Shown here piece after piece: positions 32,740 through 39,985 of a DNA stretch of 39,985 nt. Numbering within the stretch: position 1 is the stretch's first letter; every line of letters begins with the position of its first letter. This DNA comes from Candidatus Woesearchaeota archaeon (GTDB lineage: Archaea; Nanobdellota; Nanobdellia; Pacearchaeales; GW2011-AR1), in the NCBI GenBank assembly GCA_964579545.1, contig CAZOGQ010000001.1, positions 1 through 39,985 of the forward strand, written 5' to 3'. The translations under genes were made by a program, and so were the position numbers. The notes beneath the pieces are model-generated. The model was not told the DNA's origin and made no database searches. It worked only from the letters and a program-made list of their open reading frames with translations.

Positions 32740-34347
32740 TTATTGAGTTGGATTATTAACTCTTCCTATAAATAGAATATTACCAGTTTTTGTTTCTTGG
32801 ATTATAAATATAAATGGATGGTCTGCTCTAAACTCCACATAATGAGGCATTGCAGCTCCAGCCATCATGCTAATAACAGTTGCTGCGGCTGCTTCTGTTC
32901 CTTCTTCGTAAACATCGATGTATGCTTTATGTAGTACTTTATCTATGTAAAGCAAATCAGTTCCATCCATTCCAGAAAAATCTGCACCAGGCCAAGTAAA
33001 TGGCAAATCCATTCCCATGCTTTTTAAGTAGTCTGATAAAGAATAAGATGTTTCAAAAGTGTATTTAGGCATGTAAATATAAACTGTTTCAGGCTTGAGT
33101 TTGTTTCTCCATTCTTGAAGTTTTCCCTCAGTTAGTATTGATTCTATTTGGGTCATATCACTTTGTTGAGGTTCAATTCCTTCCATTTCAAATCTTCTTT
33201 GAAGCATTGGATCTGTTATTTCTGTTCTTGGAAGGAGAACTAACATGGATATCTTATCTCCTTGATAATGCATTTCAAGTATCTGCACTCCATCAGATTC
33301 GACATAATTAAAATCCAGTTCGTCATCTGTAAGCCTCATCATTGGAACTTTTATTTTTGAACCAGACTCAAGAGTGAAGTCTTCTGGTTTTGTATCATCC
33401 CTATCAAATTGGTGTTCCCATTTTCCTTTGAAATATATAGCATTTGTTAGAACAGCACGAGACATCTCGTTAAACATACTTGGAGAAACAATATTTGTAA
33501 TCTTATTGTTCGTATTTTTTGAAACCCAACTATTAATATCAGAACTCGCACCACTAGGATTATTAACAAAATCAAGATTTTTAATTTCACCTAGATAATA
33601 TCTACTTATGGTATCTTTGTAATTTTTCAAAAAAGGATAATCTTTCTGTAACCATATTGCATTGGCTGTGCTTAGTTTATATTTACTACTTGCTTTGTTT
33701 AAGGTATTTAATATCTTAGCGTATGAAGATCTTCTTGAATTCTCATTTACTGTAAAATGGAAAATACTTTGAATTTCATTGGCTGTTTCTCCACGAGCAC
33801 CTTCATAAGCCATTGCCATAGCAGTTGATATGCTCCAAGGGGAGAAAAAAATGTTCTCATTAGATTCTTTATTTACCTCAGAATAGAGGTCAATAGCAAA
33901 TTGATTGTTCGCGTTAGCTACTTCTGTAACTCCTTGGAGTGTTGCTCCACTATCATCAGCGGTTGGAATGAAGATATCTCCCCATCCAAAATTAAAGAAA
34001 CCATAAATTACGAATCCAATAATTATAATAAAACCTAAAGCGATGAATTTTTTTGCATCCCATCTTATCAGAGTTAATTTGTTTTTAATAAATATAATAA
34101 TCTTCATTAGAATGCAAGAAACAATATATAACCAAAGAATTTCTATTATTAAACCAACAATCATAAATAATCCCATGCCAAACATAAAGGAAAAAACCAA
34201 AGGAAACCCTAATACCATTACTATTGGGATGAGTGTATTCTGAAGACCTACAGACATTAACTTAAAAGCCATGAAACCTGTAAGAAGCAGTAGCAAAATT
34301 GTTAAAATTATTTTCTTCCAATTTGGTTTAAAAAATTCTTTAAGCAT
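32740..34347 (-). CDS. Serpin with an N-terminal four-helix membrane anchor
   Basis: 535 aa. Residues 1 to about 125 form four hydrophobic helices. The full serpin core follows, from 'NQFAIDLYSEV' and 'NIFFSPWSISTAMAMAYEGARGETANEI' to the hinge 'EEGTEAAAATVI' and 'FRADHPFIFIIQETKTGNILFIGRV'. Confidence 0.9.
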   Translation of the reverse strand: MLKEFFKPNWKKIILTILLLLLTGFMAFKLMSVGLQNTLIPIVMVLGFPLVFSFMFGMGLFMIVGLIIEILWLYIVSCILMKIIIFIKNKLTLIRWDAKKFIALGFIIIIGFVIYGFFNFGWGDIFIPTADDSGATLQGVTEVANANNQFAIDLYSEVNKESNENIFFSPWSISTAMAMAYEGARGETANEIQSIFHFTVNENSRRSSYAKILNTLNKASSKYKLSTANAIWLQKDYPFLKNYKDTISRYYLGEIKNLDFVNNPSGASSDINSWVSKNTNNKITNIVSPSMFNEMSRAVLTNAIYFKGKWEHQFDRDDTKPEDFTLESGSKIKVPMMRLTDDELDFNYVESDGVQILEMHYQGDKISMLVLLPRTEITDPMLQRRFEMEGIEPQQSDMTQIESILTEGKLQEWRNKLKPETVYIYMPKYTFETSYSLSDYLKSMGMDLPFTWPGADFSGMDGTDLLYIDKVLHKAYIDVYEEGTEAAAATVISMMAGAAMPHYVEFRADHPFIFIIQETKTGNILFIGRVNNPTQ

Positions 34348-34492
34348 AATATTAATTATTTATTTTAAATAGTACATAAATGTTTTCTTAACTTCGATTT
34401 AGTTTGAAGTGAATTTTGTATTTGGGCGGGAAAAAATATTATTTCTATTAATTTCAAAAACGAAGTTTTTGAATATCTATCCCGAAGGGATG

Positions 34493-34529
34493 GCGACGAC
34501 AACCCCTTTAAATAAATCTACACGACGAT
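34493..34529. repeat. Imperfect inverted repeat, right arm (partner 32634..32678)
   Basis: It reads gcgacgacaacccc-N12-tacacgacgat. See the left arm for the comparison. Confidence 0.6.
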
Positions 34530-34695
34530 TGAAACTAACACCTATTTCACGAGATGTTTTATTCAAAATATGTGAAATATAAACAAAAAGTTGGGTGTTT
34601 TTCAATGAAACAGAAGTTTCTTTATCAGAGTGAAGTAAGAATTAAGAAGCAGAGAGAACACCAAGATAGTAAAGATACAAACGAGAATTCAAAAA

Positions 34696-35253
34696 CTAAA
34701 ATGCCTCGACTTTTTTAATGGGCTTCATGTGTTTTTCTCCCCATTTATTAAAAAAAATTAACTTGTCTAATTCTTTTTTGTATTTTTGCTTTCCCTTGCC
34801 TACCTCAAAACCAATTGGAAATATCGCATCTACTTCAATATTTTCCGGAATTTCAAGGGCTTTTTTTATTAATCTGTCTGAATATGCTCCAACCCAACAA
34901 GTTGCAAGTCCTATTTCAGTCAATGTGAGTAGAAAATTTTGTATAGAAGCTCCTGCTTGTTGTCTGCTGTATCTTTCTCCTCTTTCACCATAAGATCTTT
35001 TTATCTGCTCATTGTCTGTACAGAAAGCAATAATATAATGAACAGAGCCGACAAAATGTTGTTGGCATGCATCCATAATTTTCTTTATTTTCTCTGGCTC
35101 AGAAACAAGAATAAATTTTAAAGTTTGGATATTTCCTGCAAGAGGAGACTTAGTAGAAGAATCGAGTGCATCTAAAATATTACGCCAATCTGGCTTTTTA
35201 TCTTTAAATTTCCTACAGCTATGCCTTTGTTTTATTGCTTTATCAAGTTCCAT
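34696..35253 (-). CDS. Nitroreductase-family protein
   Basis: 185 aa. It has 'AIKQRHSCRKFKDKKPD' (the R.S.R.F motif) and a later 'GLATCWVGAY' segment. Confidence 0.8.
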   Translation of the reverse strand: MELDKAIKQRHSCRKFKDKKPDWRNILDALDSSTKSPLAGNIQTLKFILVSEPEKIKKIMDACQQHFVGSVHYIIAFCTDNEQIKRSYGERGERYSRQQAGASIQNFLLTLTEIGLATCWVGAYSDRLIKKALEIPENIEVDAIFPIGFEVGKGKQKYKKELDKLIFFNKWGEKHMKPIKKVEAF

Positions 35254-35299
35254 ATTTCAGAGAGGAAAAACCAGTATAAAAAGATTGCGTAATTATTGA

Positions 35300-35776
35300 T
35301 TACCTCGCAAAATAATCTTTCTTTTTTGTAAGATATATTGTGATTAATATTGAAATTACTGCACCAATTAAAAATAAAAATATTGTGGTTATTGAAATTA
35401 TATTTGCTAATGAAGAAACCATTGTACTAGAGAATTCTGCTGGTAGTTTTGATTTAAGTAGGAGGGTGTATAATGATTTGTCTAAAATAGAAAATATTGT
35501 GTTAATCAACTCTAAAATAATTGATAGAGGATACCATATAATCCCAAGTGTTCTTGCCCATTTAAGTCTTTTAATTATACCACAAAAAAGTATTATATAT
35601 ACTGCTATGAATACTAAAGTTAAGATAATAGCTCCTGCTCCTTTTAAAAAAACTGGCCCCACTTGTACTACTGGATTTAATATAAGCTGCAAACTACCGA
35701 CTGCACCCAACCCAATATATATTAATATTAAAATAATTATAGTGGGTATTTTTTGTTTGCTATCCTCTTTTTTCAT
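35300..35776 (-). CDS. Polytopic membrane protein
   Basis: 158 aa with 4 predicted hydrophobic helices. The antisense ORF 35340..35798 is considered a shadow. Confidence 0.55.
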   Translation of the reverse strand: MKKEDSKQKIPTIIILILIYIGLGAVGSLQLILNPVVQVGPVFLKGAGAIILTLVFIAVYIILFCGIIKRLKWARTLGIIWYPLSIILELINTIFSILDKSLYTLLLKSKLPAEFSSTMVSSLANIISITTIFLFLIGAVISILITIYLTKKKDYFAR

Positions 35777-35879
35777 TATTTATAAATGGAGATTATAATT
35801 TAAAAAGATATTGATTAATTGTATTATCAAAAACTTTAAAAATAAACAAAACTTGTTGATAAAGTAAAAAGAAGTGAAG

Positions 35880-36086
35880 ATGGTGAAAAAAACAGGAAAG
35901 GTAAAAGATGTAGGAACTTTGAGTAGAAAGCAGATTGCGTTGTTAAAGTGGTTTCTTCTTGCAGGTATTTTTGTTTACCTAATAAAAGAGCTTATAACAA
36001 GTATAGAATCAACAACAACCTGGATACTGGTTTTGCTTTTTGCTTGGTCTGTTCTAGAAATTATCTTACATTATCAGAGTAATTGA
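35880..36086 (+). CDS. Small two-TM membrane protein (tentative)
   Basis: The first ATG is at 35880, whereas the tracked start at 35874 is a GTG. Helices are 'LLKWFLLAGIFVYLI' and 'WILVLLFAWSVLEIIL'. Confidence 0.35.
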   Translation: MVKKTGKVKDVGTLSRKQIALLKWFLLAGIFVYLIKELITSIESTTTWILVLLFAWSVLEIILHYQSN

Positions 36087-36116
36087 AAATCTGAAGATGA
36101 GAAAGAGAAAATCTTA

Positions 36117-36566
36117 TTATTTTTTAGATTTCTTTAAGTGAAACCAAGCTAAAATAGTTCCCGTTATAGAGAGTATAGAATATTCTATACTTTGGATTAT
36201 ACCAATCATAATTTGCTTTCTTGCAACCTGAACACCATAGATATAAGAAAGAGAATTTATTATTTGTTCTTTAAATACTATGTATTTAACAATGTAATAA
36301 ACTGAGTAAATAGTAAATAAACCCAGAATAATAATTAACGGAATTCTAACCCCTTTTTTATTTAATATAACAAGGATTGCTAGGGCAATAAATAATACTC
36401 CTAATCCAAAATTGAAAAATAATGTACCAAAAAATAACCCCCACCACCCATTTTTTACCCATGAACTAAAAGATTTAGAATCAACTATTCCTGGCTGTAA
36501 AACTTGTATAGCTAATAATAATAAAATTATAAAAAGTATTATTATTCCAATCTTCTTTTTTTCCAT
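36117..36566 (-). CDS. Polytopic membrane protein
   Basis: 149 aa with 4 hydrophobic helices. Confidence 0.55.
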   Translation of the reverse strand: MEKKKIGIIILFIILLLLAIQVLQPGIVDSKSFSSWVKNGWWGLFFGTLFFNFGLGVLFIALAILVILNKKGVRIPLIIILGLFTIYSVYYIVKYIVFKEQIINSLSYIYGVQVARKQIMIGIIQSIEYSILSITGTILAWFHLKKSKK

Positions 36567-36611
36567 TTACTTATCTAGTATTTTGAATTTATCTATTTAT
36601 CTAAGAAAGAA

Positions 36612-36710
36612 CGTTCCGGGCTGGACTCGAACCAACGACCCCATGGTTAACAGCCATGTGCTCTACCTGTTGCTCCCTTTCTTTTTAGGAAAAGTCTGAG
36701 CTACCGGAAC
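36612..36710 (-). tRNA. tRNA-Asn (anticodon GUU) with a non-canonical intron of about 26-27 nt in the D-loop; no encoded CCA
   Basis: The reverse complement gives the acceptor stem GTTCCGG/CCGGAAC and the D-stem GCTC/GAGC, separated by 'AG-ACTTTTCCTAAAAAGAAAGGGAGCAAC-AGGTA'. The anticodon arm is CATGG-CTGTTAA-CCATG, the variable loop is GGGTC, the T-arm is GTTGG-TTCGAGT-CCAGC, and the discriminator is G. Total length is 99 nt. Confidence 0.85.
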
Positions 36711-36748
36711 TTGATTTTAAGAAACATAACATATTTATAAAACTTATT

Positions 36749-37261
36749 CTATTGTGTTTTTTCTTCCCTCAACCCCAAATCTTTTGCAAATCGCCTTTTT
36801 CTTGCTTTTTCTAAATACTTATAGACATTTGCCTGCCTACTTCCATGAATCAAGCTTTTAAGAGCATTTAGAGCAGTCTTAATATTAACTGAATTTCCTA
36901 TTATATAGACTGTATTATCTTTCAACACGAAGTCGCAGTCAGATAGTTTACATAAACTTCTCAGCGTCTTACCATGGGTTCCAATAATTCTTGCTCTAAT
37001 TTCTTTTGGATTCTTTCTTGACAGATCTTTTATATTTATTTTTTCTAATATATAATCTTCATTACAGAGTAATAAGGCAGAATTAATGCTAAAGCTATAG
37101 TTTATTGCTTCAAAAATCTTGCATGCACTATATTCATCAATTTCTTTGCCAGACAACTCTAGTTTCCTTCTTTTTATTGTTATCTTTACTTTTAAAGCCT
37201 CTTCGAGCTGTTTTTTATTTTGTATTATTTTTCTTGGATTTTCTACATCAACTATTTTCAT
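36749..37261 (-). CDS. KH-domain RNA-binding protein (archaeal Dim2/Pno1-like)
   Basis: 170 aa with two KH-like modules. 'ARIIGTHGKTLRSLCKLSDCDFVLKDNTVYIIG..NIKTALNALKSLIHGSRQANVYKYLE' matches the aDim2p-type pattern. Confidence 0.65.
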   Translation of the reverse strand: MKIVDVENPRKIIQNKKQLEEALKVKITIKRRKLELSGKEIDEYSACKIFEAINYSFSINSALLLCNEDYILEKINIKDLSRKNPKEIRARIIGTHGKTLRSLCKLSDCDFVLKDNTVYIIGNSVNIKTALNALKSLIHGSRQANVYKYLEKARKRRFAKDLGLREEKTQ

Positions 37262-37311
37262 TTTCTTAATTTATTGTTTATATTGAAGTATAGTAATGTT
37301 TTTAAATTTTA

Positions 37312-37512
37312 ATGTTATATTATGATATGGAAAGAAATAAACCTAATAATAAAGTATATGTAGATGCAGCTGTTATGGGCTATCCTATTTCTAATGGTGA
37401 AAGAGAAAAATGTATTGAAGAGACTATAAAATTAAGAAAACAGTTTCCTTATATTAGAAAAATAGTACCTCAAAATCATAGTAATTTATATTGGCTTTTA
37501 TTGACTGATTAA
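37312..37512 (+). CDS. Hypothetical small protein (weakly supported)
   Basis: 66-aa ORF filling the gap between two minus-strand genes. It has no motif and an alternative in-frame ATG at 37327. Confidence 0.3.
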   Translation: MLYYDMERNKPNNKVYVDAAVMGYPISNGEREKCIEETIKLRKQFPYIRKIVPQNHSNLYWLLLTD

Positions 37513-37514
37513 AA

Positions 37515-37940
37515 TTATTTCCTGTTTTCTGTATGCATTCCTGCTCCTCTACCCCAGTCTATAGGCTCGTATCTTTTTTCATAAAATTCAACATTAGCTT
37601 CACGTTGTTCTTCAGGTGTAGCTCCAGGGATTTTTGGTGGTGTTTCTGCTTTTTCTTTTTCTTGTTTTTCCAGATAGATTTGATATCTCTTATCAGCATC
37701 AGGCACTGGAACAAATTTAAATTGAGGAGCTCCATCCTCTTCCCATGCTTTAAAAATAAATTTCTCGCCTTCATAACCTTTTAATCCAAATTTTTTATAT
37801 TTCTCTAAGCTAAATTTTCTAGCTGTTGTATGTCTTTTAAGCTCATCATAATAAGAAAAACTAATGCTAGTTTTGTCGACAAATACGACCCCGCCTTCTG
37901 TTTCAAAAACTTTGCTTTCAAGACCTTGTTTGTTTGCCAT
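37515..37940 (-). CDS. Hypothetical protein
   Basis: 141-aa ORF with balanced composition and no recognisable motif. Confidence 0.5.
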   Translation of the reverse strand: MANKQGLESKVFETEGGVVFVDKTSISFSYYDELKRHTTARKFSLEKYKKFGLKGYEGEKFIFKAWEEDGAPQFKFVPVPDADKRYQIYLEKQEKEKAETPPKIPGATPEEQREANVEFYEKRYEPIDWGRGAGMHTENRK

Positions 37941-38002
37941 TTACATGTATGAAAAATAAGATTTATAAGTTTTTATGTAATAGAATATATGTATATTAGA
38001 AT

Positions 38003-38329
38003 TTAAAACTCATTTTCGATTTCTTTTAAATAACCTTTATTTCTAAGCCAAGCTACTTGGTTTTTCCTGTATTTAAAAATAACATCACCTTTTTCATCAT
38101 TAAATTCCCAAGGTTCTATAATCACAACATCTCTTTCTCTTAACCATAATTTTCTTCTGTATCTGCCAGGAACCCTGCAATTCCTTGACTTACCATCAAA
38201 ACATTTCACTATCATTCTACTTCCACCAACTCTCTGCTCAATAATGCCAAGAACCTCTCTTCCTCGCGGCAGCCTAGCTCTTGTGACTTCTTCTTGTTCA
38301 TCATCCTGCTTCTTCTTTTTGTATTGCAT
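38003..38329 (-). CDS. eif1a: Translation initiation factor aIF-1A
   Basis: It has the S1-like OB fold sequence 'RLPRGREVLGIIEQRVGGSRMIVKCFDGKSRNCRVPGRYRRKLWLRERDVVIIEPWEF'. Confidence 0.9.
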   Translation of the reverse strand: MQYKKKKQDDEQEEVTRARLPRGREVLGIIEQRVGGSRMIVKCFDGKSRNCRVPGRYRRKLWLRERDVVIIEPWEFNDEKGDVIFKYRKNQVAWLRNKGYLKEIENEF

Positions 38330-38368
38330 TATTTAAGAAAAAGAAACAAGTTTTTAAAGGTTTAGAAG

Positions 38369-38662
38369 TTACAACAACACTAAAGCAAATGGCACGTCTT
38401 GTATTTTCTTTATGCCTTGCTCCGAGATTATTCCTGATTTTAGAGCAAGAGCAACTGATTTCTCTCCAACAATATTGAAAGTGACATCCTCTTTTGCCCC
38501 CTCTTTTAATATATTTAGAGTTTCTCGCTCTGATTTTTCATCACCATTAAAAAATCCACTGATTTCAAGCTCAAAATTGCCTTGTTCAAATTTTTTACCA
38601 AGCAATTCAGAATCACATATAGCAATTGCATCCCTATAAGAATTATGTATTTTAACAAGCAT
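38369..38662 (-). CDS. DUF424-family protein
   Basis: The start is trimmed to 'MLVKIHNSYRDAIAICDSELLGKKFEQGNFELEISGFFNG'. The ending '..NIVGEKSVALALKSGII...DVPFALVL' fits the DUF424 pattern. The tracked 128-aa version overlaps the next gene. Confidence 0.6.
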   Translation of the reverse strand: MLVKIHNSYRDAIAICDSELLGKKFEQGNFELEISGFFNGDEKSERETLNILKEGAKEDVTFNIVGEKSVALALKSGIISEQGIKKIQDVPFALVLL

Positions 38663-38699
38663 TTTATGCCCTTTACCTTTAAAATTAAAAAAAATAAAT

Positions 38700-38864
38700 T
38701 TATTTAAGTTTTTCAGCTTGTTCTTTTGAAAGAATCTTTGCCATTTTTGTTCCACAACTTGTACATATTCCCTTTGCCATGTAACCTCCTCGTTTAGTTC
38801 TCACTACTTTTACATCTTTCATTTCTCTATTTGTTTTACACCTCATACATCTTCCTTCAACCAT
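38700..38864 (-). CDS. Small zinc-ribbon protein (DUF5679-like), absent from the ORF track
   Basis: My own translation gives 54 aa: 'MVEGRCMRCKTNREMKDVKVVRTKRGGYMAKGICTSCGTKMAKILSKEQAEKLK'. It has two CxxC pairs flanking a basic hairpin. Confidence 0.6.
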   Translation of the reverse strand: MVEGRCMRCKTNREMKDVKVVRTKRGGYMAKGICTSCGTKMAKILSKEQAEKLK

Positions 38865-38958
38865 TTTATTTTCCTCCTTTTTATTATTAATTTAAGAGGC
38901 TTAAAGGTTTTTTAAACCTTGTGTTTATTATTTTTTTCAGTTTTTTGATTTTGTTTGC

Positions 38959-39282
38959 TTAATCATGATATCCTGTATATACTATGCCCTTATAACCTAA
39001 TTTGTGCATAGCTCTAATTTCCCTTGTAATTGCTTGTTCTGTTTTCTTAAAATCTTTATCTTCCCCGCTAGTATGCATCCCAAAAGGCATTTTACGCGGA
39101 AAATCTCCCGGGACCAGGATCATAACTGTGAATTCTCTGCCCCAACCAAGAAGTTGTTTTTCAAGATTTCCAGCTTCATAATATTCTAAAAACACTTTAA
39201 TTTGTATATCTCTCCTTACTTTAAGTAACCCCTCTTCTATCCAGTTTTTAATAGGACTCAAATAATGAAATCTATCTAACAT
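38959..39282 (-). CDS. Hypothetical protein
   Basis: 107-aa ORF with a TATA-like box at the expected distance upstream. No family motif. Confidence 0.45.
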   Translation of the reverse strand: MLDRFHYLSPIKNWIEEGLLKVRRDIQIKVFLEYYEAGNLEKQLLGWGREFTVMILVPGDFPRKMPFGMHTSGEDKDFKKTEQAITREIRAMHKLGYKGIVYTGYHD

Positions 39283-39339
39283 TGTTAACTAAAAGCAAAC
39301 TTAATTTAAATATTTTTGTAAAATCTTTTTTTAATTAAA

Positions 39340-39347
39340 TTTAAATA
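39340..39347 (+). promoter_or_regulatory. TATA box (TTTAAATA), 29 nt upstream of the ATG at 39369
   Basis: Box starts at 39340 and the ATG is at 39369. Confidence 0.5.
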
Positions 39348-39368
39348 TACTTTAAGCTTATTTAGTAC

Positions 39369-39985
39369 ATGAAAAAACAAGTATTTATCTGCTGTATTTT
39401 AATTATATTGGTTTTACTAATAACAACAATTTCTTCACCAAATCCTTCTCCAACACCAACTGTATCACCAACACCAGGCCCTTCTCCTATACCTAGCCCA
39501 ATACAATGCAAGGATTCTGATAAAGGAAAAGATTATTATGTCTCTGGGCAAATAACTTATGGAAATAAAACTTATAAAGATCATTGTGATAGTAAATATC
39601 CAGATATACTTTATGAATATTATTGTTTAGATAATGAGGTAAAAAAAGAGAGAAAAAATTGTTCAGAGATAGAGGGGGGCATGACCTGCAAGAATGGTAT
39701 TTGCAAGAAAACAGAATTGCCTGAAGAACCTGAATCAACTCCAGAAGAACCAATCCAAATACCAGAAACTCCACTTCAAATCAGTCAGTTAGATGAAATA
39801 GCTCCTGAAGTTTTTATTCCTGCTCCACAAAAAACAAAAGTAATCTTGCAAGCTGAAAAACAAGAAAATAAAGAAAAACAAGAAGTTAAAAAAGTAATAA
39901 ATATCCATAATGAAGATACTGGAGAATTAGTTGCAGTTCTCGAAAAAACTGAGATTAATGGAAATGTTGAGAGAGTAGATATAAA
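39369..39985 (+). CDS. Secreted 6-Cys-module protein, paralogue of 24202..25452; 3' end outside window; absent from the ORF track
   Basis: My own translation is open to the window end. It reads 'MKKQVFICCILIILVLLITTISSPNPSPTPTVSPTPGPSPIPSPIQCKDSDKGKDYYVSGQITYGNKTYKDHCDSKYPDILYEYYCLDNEVKKERKNCSEIEGGMTCKNGICKK...'. Confidence 0.75.
   Translation, partial: MKKQVFICCILIILVLLITTISSPNPSPTPTVSPTPGPSPIPSPIQCKDSDKGKDYYVSGQITYGNKTYKDHCDSKYPDILYEYYCLDNEVKKERKNCSEIEGGMTCKNGICKKTELPEEPESTPEEPIQIPETPLQISQLDEIAPEVFIPAPQKTKVILQAEKQENKEKQEVKKVINIHNEDTGELVAVLEKTEINGNVERVDI
39503..39711 (+). repeat. Cys-module repeat, inverted copy of 25044..25252
   Basis: The 131-nt stretch 39537..39667 is identical to the reverse complement of the partner. 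The flanks have scattered transitions. Confidence 0.85.

Noticed and set aside
36412-36699. 95-aa + strand ORF.
   Set aside because: It overlaps the 5' part of the membrane protein gene 36117..36566 and most of the tRNA-Asn gene on the opposite strand, so it is spurious.
39493-39774. 93-aa minus-strand ORF.
   Set aside because: It is the antisense shadow of the + strand 6-Cys secreted protein gene (39369..>39985), which has a clear paralogue in the window.
1-39985. CRISPR arrays, rRNA genes, integrases or recombinases, and prophage structural genes.
   Set aside because: By-eye scanning found no regularly spaced direct repeats of 25-40 bp, no rRNA-like conserved blocks, and no recognisable recombinase or capsid/terminase motifs. 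A computational scan is still advisable.

Overview
AT-rich (about 30% GC by eye), very gene-dense archaeal window. The gene content suggests a small-genome DPANN-type archaeon: GatD/GatE, archaeal AspRS, aIF1A, a Dim2-like KH protein, Taw3/TYW3, FtsZ, an Lrp/AsnC regulator, TTTATAAA boxes, tiny or overlapping intergenic gaps, and sequon-rich surface proteins. The main theme is indirect tRNA aminoacylation. gatD, gatE, an archaeal-type aspS, a bacterial-type aspS, a gatC-like gene, a Nudix gene and gatA all lie on the + strand within about 17 kb. A tRNA-Asn(GUU) with a D-loop intron lies further downstream. GatE and the bacterial-type AspRS have each lost the homologous GAD insertion domain. 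The archaeal-type AspRS carries the two residues associated with non-discriminating specificity. Between these genes sit accessory elements. There are three RelE-type toxin-antitoxin pairs with operator-like repeats, an orphan AbiEii-like nucleotidyltransferase, and an AbrB-nucleotidyltransferase / small helical protein / LOG-like cluster. There are also two serpins, one with a polytopic membrane anchor and flanked by inverted repeats and GAA-triloop hairpins. Large surface proteins carry nucleotide-identical internal or paralogous modules. A half-length PurB-like protein, a decayed IS200-type tnpA next to a frameshifted AlbA_2 fragment, and a tightly overlapping four-gene operon of unknown function complete the set. 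No rRNA, CRISPR array or reverse transcriptase was seen. All assignments rest on by-eye motif recognition, with no searches run. Several tracked ORF starts look over-extended and are trimmed here, and two genes missing from the track are added.
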